In this document: positions 11,038 through 22,524 of the stretch, piece after piece | Position numbering within the stretch: the stretch's first letter is position 1 | How the letters are laid out: each line of letters starts with the position of its first letter | Notes under the pieces: model-generated | The model's database searches: none | Told to the model about the DNA's origin: nothing | Seen by the model: the letters and a program-made list of their open reading frames with translations, nothing else | Source: an uncultured Candidatus Peribacteria bacterium | GTDB lineage: Bacteria > Patescibacteriota > Gracilibacteria > Absconditabacterales > Absconditicoccaceae | Assembly (NCBI GenBank): GCA_964642385.1 | Contig: CAZXON010000001.1 | Location: forward strand, 150,532 to 214,531 | Direction: 5' to 3' | Length of the DNA: 64,000 bases | Program-made: the position numbers and the translations under genes

Positions 11038-13227
11038 CTACACCAACAACTCTCCTTCTATCTTTTCCATCTGAGCGGCTAACCCATCTAGTCATTCCAA
11101 TCAAGGATATTTTTCCAAAATCGAAATAGCTGTCTGCTGGATTTGTTCCAAAAATTTTGTATTTGCCATCATCTCATACGGTATATCAGTAATACCACTT
11201 TGGCGTGTTCCAAGGAACTCTCAGGCACCACGATACTGCAAGTCAAGCTCCGCAAGTTTGAAACCATCGGAATACTGCTCCATCGCACGCAAACGTTTGT
11301 AAGCATCGCCTGATTTATGTTTGGTTTCCAAAAAACAATATGATTGCACATCACTTCTTCCTACACGACCACGTAATTGATGCAATTGCGCCAAACCAAA
11401 TCTGTCAGCGTTTTTGATAATCATTATGGTCGCTTCTGGCACATCAATTCCCACCTCGATTACAGTAGTCGACACCAAAATCATATACTCACCTGATTTA
11501 AATTTTCTCATAACTTCTTGTTTTTCAGCAGGTTTCAATTTACCATGGAGCAATCAAATTTTTCATTCTAACTCTTTGTACAACTCTACCGTCTCTGCAT
11601 ATTCTTGTTTTGCGGATTTCAGTTCATGCATGATCTCACTCTCATCTATCAATGGTGTGACGATAAACAATCTCTGATTCTGTGATAATTTGGTAAGCAC
11701 TCGTTGTTTGAGCTTTTTAAATTCGCTCTCAGAGATAATTTTGGTGGTAATTACTTTCCTTCCCGCTGGCATTTCATCAATCGTACTGACATCAAACTCC
11801 CCGAAAAATGCTAATGCCATAGAACGAGGAATCGGCGTCGCTGTCATTTGTAAAATATGTGGTGAACCAAACTTCTTGAAAAATGCTCTTTGACGCACAC
11901 CAAATTTATGCTGTTCATCTATCACAACCAAAAATAGCTTGTGAAAATCAATACTATCTTGCAACAATGCATGGGTGCCTATTATAACGTCTATTGTTCA
12001 TTGCACCAATGCTATTTTGATTTTTTTCTTTTCTGCTGTTGGCGTAGAACCAGTAATACAAGCCACGCGAATACCTAAAGGAAGAAGTATTTTTGCAATG
12101 CTCGCGTAATGTTGCTGTGCAAGCACTTCAAGCGGCGCAAGAAATGCGACTTGTCAACCAAATTTCTTGATAACATAATACGCGGCAATCGCTGCGACAA
12201 CTGTTTTTCCACTTCCAACATCTCCTTGTAACAAACGCAACATTGGCTTGGTCTCATGGAGATTTTCTACAACTGCTTTGATAGATTTTTTTTGGGCTTT
12301 TGTCAGTTCAAAAGGTATCACATCAAGCATCTCTTTGACGACATCTCGATCCAATTCCTGTTTATGAAAAGTATGTCACTTCTGGTAGGAGTATTTTTGG
12401 ATCAATGAAGCAAGTTGCACAGTGAGAAGCGAATCAAAAGAGATACGATAGCGAGCTTCTTTTGCCTCTTCCATTGAATCAGGATAATGCATATTTTTGA
12501 CAGCAGTTGGATAGTCCATCAAAGCATTATCTTTTAAGATTTCGCTCGGTAGAAATTCACTAAATAAAGTTGGTATATGATGAAGGTTTTCTCGAATTTT
12601 TTTGGCGAACCATCAGGACCTAATTCATTGCATCTCCGAATAGACAGGATAGATGCGATTGACTTGGTACGATTCCTCTTGTTTTATCTCTTGTACACGA
12701 GCATCTGCAAGTGCTTTTTCATCCGAAATATCTGTTTTTTTCACTTTTTCTACGATCGCGCCACCTTCAAAAATCAACTCCTCTTCTTGCGCTTCATCAT
12801 TTTCTTCCTCGAGTATCTGTGTGGTATCTTCGGTGAGGATCATCTCTGGATGCCAAAACGACACCTTTCATTTGTCATTTTTCGGTTTTCAAATAACAAG
12901 ATACCGTTGGTGTACTCTGATATGAGCCAACAAAAAAGGCGCAAAGAAAAAATTCACTGTCGCTTTTTGCTCAGTTTCATCATGCGTTTGAAAGACAATT
13001 ATTTTTTTCCCTTTCCCAGTTCTAATAACACTCATTGAATCTATAAACAGTTTGACCGTATATTGTACTTGTTCACTTTGGATATCTTGTAGTAAAACAA
13101 TATTTTTTCTATCCTCATAGGTTCTAGGAAAATTCAGAAAAAAATCACGAATCGTAGTGATTCAATTGGTTGCAAGTAATTGCAAATATTTTGGCGTAGT
13201 TCTAAGATATTTTTTCAAATCCTCCAT
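11038..13227 (-). CDS. recG: ATP-dependent DNA helicase RecG (729 aa)
   Basis: Track pieces 11221-11553, 11563-11967, 12154-12354 and 12625-12864 are co-framed. Motifs GDVGSGKT, VIDEQHKFGV, MTATPIPR, LHGKLKPAEK and LHQLRGRVGR. ATG at 13227, TAG at 11038-11040. Confidence 0.92.
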
Positions 13228-13670
13228 ACTCTAGGTGTATCTTTTCAGACGCAGAAAAAAAGAGATTTATTCCAGATAGATACAGGGAGAAAATTGTTGA
13301 ATAAAATATTTAGGTGTAAACCGACGCCTTAAACAACGCCTGAACCTCGTACGATGTCCGATGGATATCGTTACAGGCTCTGTTAGGCGATTAGTCTCCT
13401 TTTTGTTTGTGAATTTTAGATACAGACCTTTCATTTCTATTCGTTCGCTTCTGTAGTTCCCAGAAACTTTTTTTGGTGGGTTTAGATTTGATTTGGGGAT
13501 AGAATTCATCTATTCATTTTTCATTAGGCTGTTTTTTAAGTTCCATTATCCCAGATATTTGTTTTTTAATGTTTTAAAATCAACTTTATACCAAACTTTA
13601 TTTTTTTATAAAACCAATATTCAAAATCTTTTACATCAAATCATTCTCTTAAATAACAGGAGAGCAAGAT

Positions 13671-13892
13671 TTAAATTTTTTGAATAGACGAAGTTTGTTC
13701 TGCTTCTAAAATCTTTTTTTTATTCATAATGACAATTAAATCTTTTTCATAAATATCAAGATATTTTTTATATTCAGGATTATTTACTTCTATCTTGGTC
13801 ATAGCATCTCATACTATGTTGACTCCTTCTACTTTGTCTTCAGACCTAATCGGTACTAGTAGGCTTCCGTCTTGTAATTTAGATATGTACAT
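13671..13892 (-). CDS. small hypothetical protein (73 aa) immediately downstream of the giant peptidase-domain gene
   Basis: ATG at 13892, one internal TGA, TAA at 13671-13673. Lies 37 nt after the giant gene's stop. Confidence 0.5.
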
Positions 13893-13929
13893 TTTGTTTC
13901 TTTAAAAGAATAAAACTATTTATCTTATA

Positions 13930-16900
13930 TTATTCTATATTAGCTTTGATATAATCTGTAAATTCCTGGTCATATATTTTAGTGAATTTTTTCTCTCAAT
14001 ATTTGTAAAATTGAGCTATAGATTCTGCTCGAAATTCTTGGCATCATGCATATCATCAAGGGCCATTTTGTTGAAAATAAGAGGTTAGATTGTTATAAAA
14101 TCTTTTATGAAATTCTTTAAATTTTGGGGAATTTGTAATATTAAAAATATTATCTATTGAATGTCATAATTCATGTAGGACAAGTGATTTACTACCATGT
14201 CTTCCTTCTCATGAATACACTCTATTTCATTTACTCGCTCAAGCAACACTATCTCGAGTATTTCATTTATCCCATCAACGTGGCTGGACTCATTTAAACT
14301 TTATGTTATCTTCTCGTCCAGTAAATGTTTGGTTTGATAAAAATATTACAATTTCACTTTTTCATATTTTTTTAAGGGTTTTATCTGATAATAAATTTAA
14401 GTCATCAAGATGCTCTTTCACTATTTTTTGCTCAAAGTTTCTAATGACCAAATTTTCTGAAATTACTCAAAGTCTAGGATATTCTATTATCACATCTTTT
14501 ATGGTTGATTGATCCTTTAATCATTCTACAAAGAGACTTCTTTTCTCAGATAAACCAAGATCATGTCATGGGATTTCTTTTTTCAAAAAAACTTTTTTTT
14601 CTAATCGCTTATTGTATATTTCTTTTTTTATCGACCTGCTTTCTTTTATCAAATCTTTATTTGACTTGTCAAAAATTAATTGACTTTCAATATCTTTTAT
14701 TTTTTTTTGAAGTATTATTATTTCTTCATTAATTTGTCTTATTTTTCTTTCTAATTCAGCATCTTTTAAAGCATTTTTCAAAGCATTACTTTTCAACTCC
14801 AATAACTTAATACTATTTTGATAATCAATTTCACTTATATTTAATTTTTTAAATCAAATTGGATTAATTTTCGGGTCATTTGCTTTCAGATGACTGAGCA
14901 TATCATCTACAGGTAACTTGGCATGAAATCATCATGACACCATGAAAAATACTGTTGCCATCATTCATCATGCTCTGATCATTTGCAAAATATCTACGTT
15001 TTCTTGTTTATCAAACAATTCATTTACTCACATTTGTCTTACTCATTCTGCTGTTGCTCATACGGTTACATCAAGAAGATTAATTCATAAATTGGAAGTT
15101 ATATATTTTACATCATTGAAAAATCAAGGACTTTTTTGGATAATTGGTCAAAAAACTTTCATACCAAGAAATGCCGTTGCTGTATCAAACACAAATTGAC
15201 TTGATATATCTACTGCTCACTCTGCGAAACTGTTATAATCCATTTTCTTATAAAGCATTTGTGTCAATATTCATTGCGTTACTCAAACAGCTATTGCTGA
15301 TGTTGTAACACTAGCAAGTGTCATTACTCATGCTGCACCAGCTGGCGGGAAAATCATCATAGATATCATTGTTCATCATAGCATAGCTCACATTTTTAAT
15401 CATTCTTTGATATATCAAGTATACTTCATAATCTCATCATCCACTTCATCAGATAATTGTCCTGCCCAAAAACTATTGACTGCAAAATCTCTATATAAAT
15501 TTAAAATTTCTGTGTCTGCTCATTGTAATCAGTATTCTTGTGCTGATTTTGCATAACTACTTAAATTATCCTTTCCCGCTTTCTTTATTTCTCCTTTAAA
15601 CTTCTTTTTTTGAGTTTCAAATTTTACTTGTTGCATTTTTGCTTCCTTTGTTCACAAGTTTTTCAGTTCTTGAATATATTTAGCTTCAAACGGAACTTGT
15701 TTAAGGTCAGATTTTATTTTTTCAGAGATTTTTTTGAGTACAATAGTCCTTGCTTGTAATGTTGGTGATAATTGGGATATTTTTGTTTTTTCATCGACAG
15801 ATATAAGATCTAAAATCCCAAATTCTCATGATAGTGGTCGTGGTATGTTTTGACTAACTTCCGCTATAAAACTTTCACATTTTTTATTTTTTAGAGTTGG
15901 TTCATCTTGCAATACATCTACTGGACTAATTTTATCTATTGTTCCGTTTATTTGCATCAAATTTTCTAAAATTTCTTTTGCTAATTCTGGATTATTAAAC
16001 TTTTTATCATTGTCTTTTTGCTTCATTCTACCTGCACCTGTGCTATTGAATCTTCAAGTTAAAATGTTACATAACTTTATTAAGCTCTTTTTTGCTGTTT
16101 CTGGGTTCGTTTGTAGTTCTCCAAATCATTTTGCTTGTGCAAGTAGATAACAAGTATTTATAATTTCAATTCTCATACCTTCTTGATTGTCTACTGCTAT
16201 TTTTAGTTCACTTCATTCTATTTTCTTTCAAGTTTTATTTGATCGTTTTTCATCTCATAAAGAACAATGAAACTTCCATACATAATTTATTACCTGAGTT
16301 GAATTGATGCTTGGATTACTAAAGACATTTTCGATAATTTTTTGTATTTTTTCTTTTTCGTTGTAGGTCATTTCTTTGATGTTATCGTTATATAGTATTC
16401 AATTTGGCACAGAAGTAAGTTCATCTAAAACACTAATTGTATTTTTGTTTTTCAATTCTTCTAATTTTTTAGATAAAGGTCTCGTAGTTATTTCTCTATT
16501 TTCTGTATGTTGTATTAATTTTTGTAAGGGGTTGTGTTTTTTTGCATTTTCTATTTGTTGAGGTATTTGCAATTGTTCACCATTCAATCGTTTTATATCT
16601 GGATGATTCATATTTATTGGTCAAGCAGGGTAGCTTATATCTTTCCCTTTGCTTTTATTGAAATTAAACATATTTCATTTGAATCATTTTTTGAATTCAT
16701 TCCATCAATCTTGTCATAATCCATACCAGATTCCTTTTGATTTCATATACTTTTCAGCCATTTTCTGATTTGTTGTTTTTTCTCGATCTCCACTTCTATT
16801 TGCATTCATACCATAACTCATGAAGTATAGTTTTACTATCTTCATTTCATTTACAGATAATGATTGCTTATTCAAAAGATCTTTTTTTTGTATATTCTCA

Positions 16901-17079
16901 AAAATTGGTTTTTGTAATAAAGTCAAAAAATGCTGATCTTTCGCTTCTAGTCATTCACTGATTTTTTTATAATCTATCTGATCTAATTTACCAAAATTAT
17001 CATTAAACTCTTTCTCAGAGATAACTCATTTTTGATTGTCAGTATCGAGTCTTGTTTTGATGGTATTGATGTCACTCAT
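13930..17079 (-). CDS. giant protein (1049 aa): N-terminal unknown region, Gly-rich membrane-helix region, coiled coil, C-terminal anthrax-LF/PPEP-like (ATLF) HExxH zinc peptidase domain
   Basis: Track pieces 14566-14802, 15826-16026, 16399-16611 and 16714-16926 share the frame of ATG 17079 and TAA 13930-13932. Codon-by-codon checks at 14161-14220 and 15181-15420. C-terminus reads ..KGVQPRGWDKGNTRDSVAGASKGNRVYSGEGRHGSKSLVLHELGHSIDN...EFRAESIAQFY. Dozens of TGA (Gly) codons. Confidence 0.75.
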
Positions 17080-17093
17080 GTAGTAATTTATTA

Positions 17094-17366
17094 TTAAATT
17101 TGTTCTAATATATCATCAATGTTCTTTATTTTTTCATTTTCTTCTTGTCCTTTAATTTTTTTAATTTTTTCTTTTATTAGTGTAAACTTCTGCTTACTTT
17201 TTTCAGTTGTTTGTTTTTTAACTTCATTTTCTATTAGTTTGATAATTCAATCTATAATATTATCATCTAATTCTGTTTCTTCTAATAACGCCAAAATCCC
17301 ATCAGCAAGAGATCGATATTCTTTTAGTTTTTCCAAGATTTTTATGAGATATTCTTTTTTTGTCAT
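17094..17366 (-). CDS. small acidic coiled-coil protein (90 aa), first gene of the giant-protein module
   Basis: ATG at 17366 (MTKKEYLIKILEKLKEY..), one TGA, TAA at 17094-17096, 14 nt before the giant gene's ATG. Confidence 0.5.
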
Positions 17367-17884
17367 ATAAATGTACAAATTTATAAAAAGTATGCATATA
17401 AATTATATTCAAAAGCTTATTATAACAAAAAAAATCTACTCTAAAGATAGAAGATCGTTTTGACATTTTGTTTTTTTGTTGTTTTTTTTGCTTATTTTTG
17501 AAAAAGAAGATTGCTCGATTTAAAAAAAACCTCACCATAATTGCCTCGAGGATGTGAAAAAAGTTTCTGTGTCTTGAATAAGGATATGACAAAAAGGAGA
17601 TTTTGCCTAATGACTGAATTGAGATGATGTGCGCAAGGGCTGATGCTTTGAACAAATTAATCAGCGCTAGGAGTTGCATCTCTTTTGGTATTCCAATTTT
17701 TTTCTTTTCTTGGATGAAATTATATAGGTTGAGATTCTCTTTCCTTTGTTTCGGCTCATTTATTGTTCATTTTTAGCTCAAGGGTTTGTCTAATTGTTTC
17801 ATAGAGAAAAATTTCCCTCAATTTGCTTCGGAGAGACAAAAAAAATATTTATTTTTTAAAAGAATGGAAAAAACCATATGTTGC

Positions 17885-17907
17885 AAAAAAAATTGCCCGA
17901 AGGGCAA
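17885..17907 (-). terminator. intrinsic terminator of the 18000-18557 methyltransferase gene
   Basis: On the minus strand, TTGCCC-ttc-GGGCAA followed by a T8 run. Confidence 0.65.
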
Positions 17908-17999
17908 CTTCCGAGAGGTCGTTGTATAGGTAGAAATGCACAGATAGGACGGAAGAAACAACAAATCACACTCATACAGAATAGCATAAAAAACTTTTT

Positions 18000-18557
18000 T
18001 TACTTGTGACTATAGAAATAAATTGTAGATCAAGTTTTCTCGTTGTGAATTTCTTTATCGGTTTTCCAATTAGAAAATGAAAACGTATTGCACACTATGA
18101 TAGCAGAATTTTTCATGTTTTTTTGTAGCCAATCTTGAATTTTGTCGAGGTGTTCTGGCAAGAGAAAAAGATAAATATAATCATATGAAGAAATATCTAT
18201 AGATTGCATATCTCAATAGATCAAATCAATCGAGTGGATTCCAAATAATTTGTTTTTTATTTTCCCCAAAAATATTGCCATACGATTGTTGTCTACTCAT
18301 ACAAGGGTGGAGAATGCATAATGTTTGTGTAAAAACCTCAATACTCAGCCACCTCCACATCACAAATCAATAAGCGACGTACCTGGTTCAAAATATATAT
18401 TTTGTTTGATAAGTTGAAAATGACGAGCATAGCTTCCAACTGTTGGTGCTTCATGATTGTGATAATGTTTATATTCAGCCCGAAGATACATTCACAAAAA
18501 AATCATAATGCTTATGCAAACGATCATACCAAAGATAGTGGCTACAAACTCTATCAT
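18000..18557 (-). CDS. class I SAM-dependent methyltransferase with N-terminal TM helix (185 aa)
   Basis: ATG at 18557. SAM motif I SLIDLGCGGGGVLRFL (two of the Gly are TGA). TAA at 18000-18002. Confidence 0.7.
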
Positions 18558-18665
18558 GCAAAACAACAAGTAATCTAAAACATGGGTATAGTATAGATTT
18601 TATCCGCGTAGTCAATCATATACAGTTCCACTTGCAAATCAGAGAGAAACAATCATTATAGAATC

Positions 18666-19943
18666 ATGCAAAAAATGCATGAACCTTACTACAAAACATA
18701 TTTTCCTGTTGTAGTAGTTGCGACTATTATTGCTTCTGTACTGCTCTTTTTGCTACCTTGGAAAACTATTGCAGAAAATAAATACGCACCAAAAAAAATC
18801 CCGAGCAACGCTTTTTCGTTCACACAAGAAACAAATCAAAAGCTTCCCGAAACGATTACACAACCGCCGAGTTTTCAAACGGTCGTTTTGATGTGAGATA
18901 TTATGCTCAGCAGATCGATCGGAGCATGGAATAAAAAAGAGTGATACGAGCGCGCATTTGGTATTCTATCAGGAGTAAATCATGCAAATGTCGTCGGTTC
19001 TTGAATCACCTGAAATATCTATTACAATCCGATAGAAAGTATTGCAAACTGCAAAAGTGGATGATGCTTACTTTTTGGAAATCTAGAAAGTCCATTTTCG
19101 CCAAATGATTTGGACAAACACGAAAGAACTATGCGATTTAGGGCAAACACAGGCAATGTGGAATTCCTGACAACTCTTCGTGGAAAAAATAATCTTGTCT
19201 TATCTGTTGCAAACAATCACCTAAATAACGCTTGATGATTGTGAATTCAAACGACTGCTAGTTTGCTGGATGCTCACAATATTTTGCATGTCGGGTGATG
19301 AGATACCGAAGAAACAGCTAGTAAAATCCTTGTATATACATGAAATGGTATATCTCGATGCATTGCATGATATTCTTATGACGGGAATGGAGGAAGGTAT
19401 TGATGAAAGCCACTCTACCGAAACAAAGTAGATCTAACAGGCATGGTCGCTGATTTATCAAAAATGAAAACCGAATTGAAATGCGATGTAAAAGCGATGA
19501 TGTTGCATTGGGGAAGCGAATATCATATCAATCCTAATGAAACTCAAATCTCGCAAGCACATACACTTATCGACAATTGATTGGATTTACTCATTTGATC
19601 ACACGCGCACATCCCATGAAAAATAGAAGTATATAGTGGCAAATATATATTTTATAGTTTGTGAAATGCGATATTTGATCAAGATCGAGGGATGCAAATG
19701 GGATCTGGAAAAGGCATGGACAGCATTTACGATGAGATACTATGAAAAAATGCAGTTCCAACATATATCGCTGTTTTCCCAGAGTTGCTCGTAGAAAAAA
19801 TGTACTCATGAAATAATAGCACTCAAACGACTATCACACTAAAGGGAATCCATGGAGCGAGAATACTCAAAGGCGTATACACATGATTAGACGATAAAAC
19901 ATTGTGAAATGTGGTTGAAAAGGTCATGCAACCAGCAAAATAG
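18666..19943 (+). CDS. CapA/PGA_cap-family metallophosphatase-like protein (425 aa)
   Basis: Track ORF 18666-18896 continues across TGA. Motifs VVLMGDIMLSRSIG, FGNLESPF, LSVANNHLNNAG, MLHWGSEYH, LLIGSHAHIPG and FYSLGNAIFDQ. TAG 19941-19943. Confidence 0.8.
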
Positions 19944-20035
19944 TCATTTTACAAACAACTAAAATACCATTGACTTATTTTAGAAAAAACATAAACTCTC
20001 AAAAGTAAACAAATAAATAAACAAATAAAAAGAAT

Positions 20036-20458
20036 ATGAAAAGCTCAAAAGATTTTTTAAAAAACATCACAAGAGGCCTATTGAATGATCTCTTATTCCA
20101 CTTCGTTCTTATGACATTTTTGATAGGAGTTGGAGTGTTTGTTGTTTATGTCTTGTACGCTACTGCGTCGGGAATATCATTGTTTCTTAGGGAAAACATG
20201 ATCATCCCCATCATCCTTTATTTCATTGCATTGTGTTCATCTTTTGCTTTCACCAAAATGGTGAAATTCAAAAAAATACAATTAAGAGCAAACACGATAG
20301 TAACTATGGTAGTAAGTTTTTTACTACTGTTTATCTGCGTGGATTATTGGTGGGTAGTACCACTGATAGCTCTGTTGATCACGCTTACCTGTATTAAAAA
20401 CAAATATACAGGAGTCGAAATCGAGGAATGCTATGTTACACCTACTGTTGAAGAGTAG
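20036..20458 (+). CDS. hypothetical membrane protein (140 aa)
   Basis: Intact track ORF with four hydrophobic helices. A terminator follows. Confidence 0.6.
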   Translation: MKSSKDFLKNITRGLLNDLLFHFVLMTFLIGVGVFVVYVLYATASGISLFLRENMIIPIILYFIALCSSFAFTKMVKFKKIQLRANTIVTMVVSFLLLFICVDYWWVVPLIALLITLTCIKNKYTGVEIEECYVTPTVEE

Positions 20459-20475
20459 GTAAATTATCTAAATAA

Positions 20476-20510
20476 GGGTTCTGTGTTTTCTATAGAACCT
20501 TTTGTTTTTT
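20476..20510 (+). terminator. intrinsic terminator
   Basis: GGGTTCT..AGAACC stem followed by a T-rich run. Confidence 0.6.
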
Positions 20511-20606
20511 ATGAAAACATGCGAATACTGCCATAGAAAGTGTCTCTTCTTTTATGCTTTCTTTTCTGTACACTTAGATACAAGCTTTAGTAAACACGAC
20601 CATATA

Positions 20607-21734
20607 ATGCAATACATCCTCACCTGTCCATTCAACACAACACAAATAGCGAAAAAAGAGTTAGAAATTTTGTGATACAAAGCCACTATCACCTCTCAAA
20701 GCACACTTTCATTTGAATGAGACGAAACCACAATAGCTCGTGTGAATATCAATTCTCGCGTAGGAAGCAAACTATACATTGTTCTTGGCACATGACGCGC
20801 AGATAATTTTGAAGAGCTTTTTACGATCGTTTCAAGCGTTAATCGAAGTTTTTACATTACCACAGGACAACGTATCCTTACAAGCGCTATTTCAAGACAA
20901 AGCAAACTAACTAGCACGCCAGCGATACAATCTATCACCAAAAAAGCTATCGTGCAAAAATTATCAGGCGTTGATCGACGAGCTGAGGACGAAGAAAAAC
21001 AAGCAATAGATATTCTGATCACTATCGATCGTGGGGTGTGTTTTGTCCTTTTGAACACGACTGGTGAGTGACTTCACCAACGCTGATATCGCCAGCATGC
21101 TGGCGCTGCACCGCTCAAAGAGAATCTCGCTGCAGCACTGGTGCTTTCGTCCGGCTGGAAGTTCGGCACTCCCTTCGTTGACCCATTTTGCGGTGCAGGA
21201 ACAATCGTAATCGAAGCAGCTCTTTTTGCAAAAAATATCGCTCCATGACTGATCCGTAATAAATATGTGTGATATGCTTTTTTGTGATTTGATCGGTTCG
21301 ATAAAAAACTCTATGACGCTGAATTACAGCTTGCAGAACAAAAAGTTATGCTAGATAAGGAACATACTATCATCGGATACGATATCGATCCTACGATGAT
21401 TGAAATTTCAAAAGACAATGCAAAAAATGCGTGAGTTGACGCGTATATACAATTTGAACAAAAAGACTTTCTACATACAGAAAACAATGTATATACAAAA
21501 GAGAAACATACAATTATAACCAATCCTCCCTATGGTGAAAGGATGAAAATCACAGAAAGCATAACGCTTTACAGAGAGCTTGTGTGAGTATTTGAAAACA
21601 ACGCCACCATCAATGGGTGATTTATCAGCAACGCACCTGATGTCATAGATCTATATGATTGGCACCTTTGGAAAGAAACAAAATATTTTAACTGACCACT
21701 TGAGTGTGTGTTTTATAAAATTTCTAGGTTATAA
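20607..21734 (+). CDS. THUMP-domain class I SAM-dependent RNA methyltransferase (UPF0020/RlmL-N-like, 375 aa)
   Basis: Motifs ..[11 protein letters not shown].., [17 protein letters not shown] and [11 protein letters not shown] 21732-21734. An in-frame ATG at 20511 sits inside the upstream terminator, so 20607 is preferred. Confidence 0.8.
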
Positions 21735-21848
21735 AAAATGCCTCTGAACGAGGCTATTTTCTCTGCTCGCAGAAAGAAAAGAGATGAAGTGAAGAGCATA
21801 GGTAGATTATAGACACCATTATATTTTAATTTTCCTATAATCTAAAAA
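21733..21848 (+). repeat. full-length copy of the CTCTGAACGAGG intergenic element
   Basis: aaaaaaTGCCTCTGAACGAGGCtattTTCTCTGCTCGCAGAAAGaaaagagatGAAGTGAAGAGCATAGgtagATTATAGACACCATTATATTTTaaTTTTCCTATAATc. Near-identical to 29842-29958. Confidence 0.8.
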
Positions 21849-21861
21849 ATTTCACAAAAAG

Positions 21862-21891
21862 AAAAACCCACTCTCGCAAGTAGGTTTTTTT
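21862..21891 (-). terminator. bidirectional-looking intrinsic terminator after the RRM gene
   Basis: CCTACT-tgcgag-AGTGGG stem flanked by A and T runs. Confidence 0.6.
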
Positions 21892-21919
21892 GATATTTCT
21901 ATATGTATATACTTCTATA

Positions 21920-22285
21920 TTATACTGCCTGGTCTTCATCAAATTTATTGTGAACGTTGTGAGATGGAGTATTTTGAAAGCGATCTTTGCGAGCGGCATA
22001 TCTCGCCTCTCTTTCTTCAGGATCTTCTGCTCTAGCCATTTCCACAGACATTTCCCTTTCCGTTCCATTGATTGATTTACCATTTGCCTCACTCAGAGCC
22101 TTTTCGGCTTCGCCATCGTTAACATACTCTACAAAGGCGAATCCTCTTCTTCTTTTGAATTTATCAAGAGGTAATTTAATTGATGCAATTTCTCCGAATT
22201 GTGAGAAATAGTCTTTTACATTGTCTTCTGTGAGATTCCAATCAAGGTTTTTCACATAGAGTTTTTTTGTTTCCAACTCTGCCAT
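21920..22285 (-). CDS. RRM (RNP-1/RNP-2) RNA-binding protein (121 aa)
   Basis: KLYVKNLDW (RNP-2) and RGFAFVEY (RNP-1). Corresponds to track ORF 21920-22387 with the internal ATG at 22285. No TGA codons. Confidence 0.85.
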   Translation of the reverse strand: MAELETKKLYVKNLDWNLTEDNVKDYFSQFGEIASIKLPLDKFKRRRGFAFVEYVNDGEAEKALSEANGKSINGTEREMSVEMARAEDPEEREARYAARKDRFQNTPSHNVHNKFDEDQAV

Positions 22286-22524
22286 CCTTTTTTGATAGTA
22301 GTGATAAAGAACTCTACAAATAGAGCACTGGTATGATACTGATGTAAAAAAAAGATGCAAGAGAGAGTGAGTGAGGCATATTGACATTTTTAATTAGCAC
22401 AAAGAAATCCTCTCTCTATCCATAATTTATCATCACCTCACCCCCTGCCCCTCTCCATCCCCTTGTAAAGCATTTTCACAAAAGTATAATTGAGCACATA
22501 AAAAATCACTAAGACTCTAGCGCC

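Noticed and set aside
13267-13509. The 80-aa minus-strand ORF as a real gene.
   Set aside because: It has no recognisable family and odd Arg-rich low-complexity sequence, and it lies in a GC-enriched, hairpin-rich stretch. It is kept only as a possible non-coding element.
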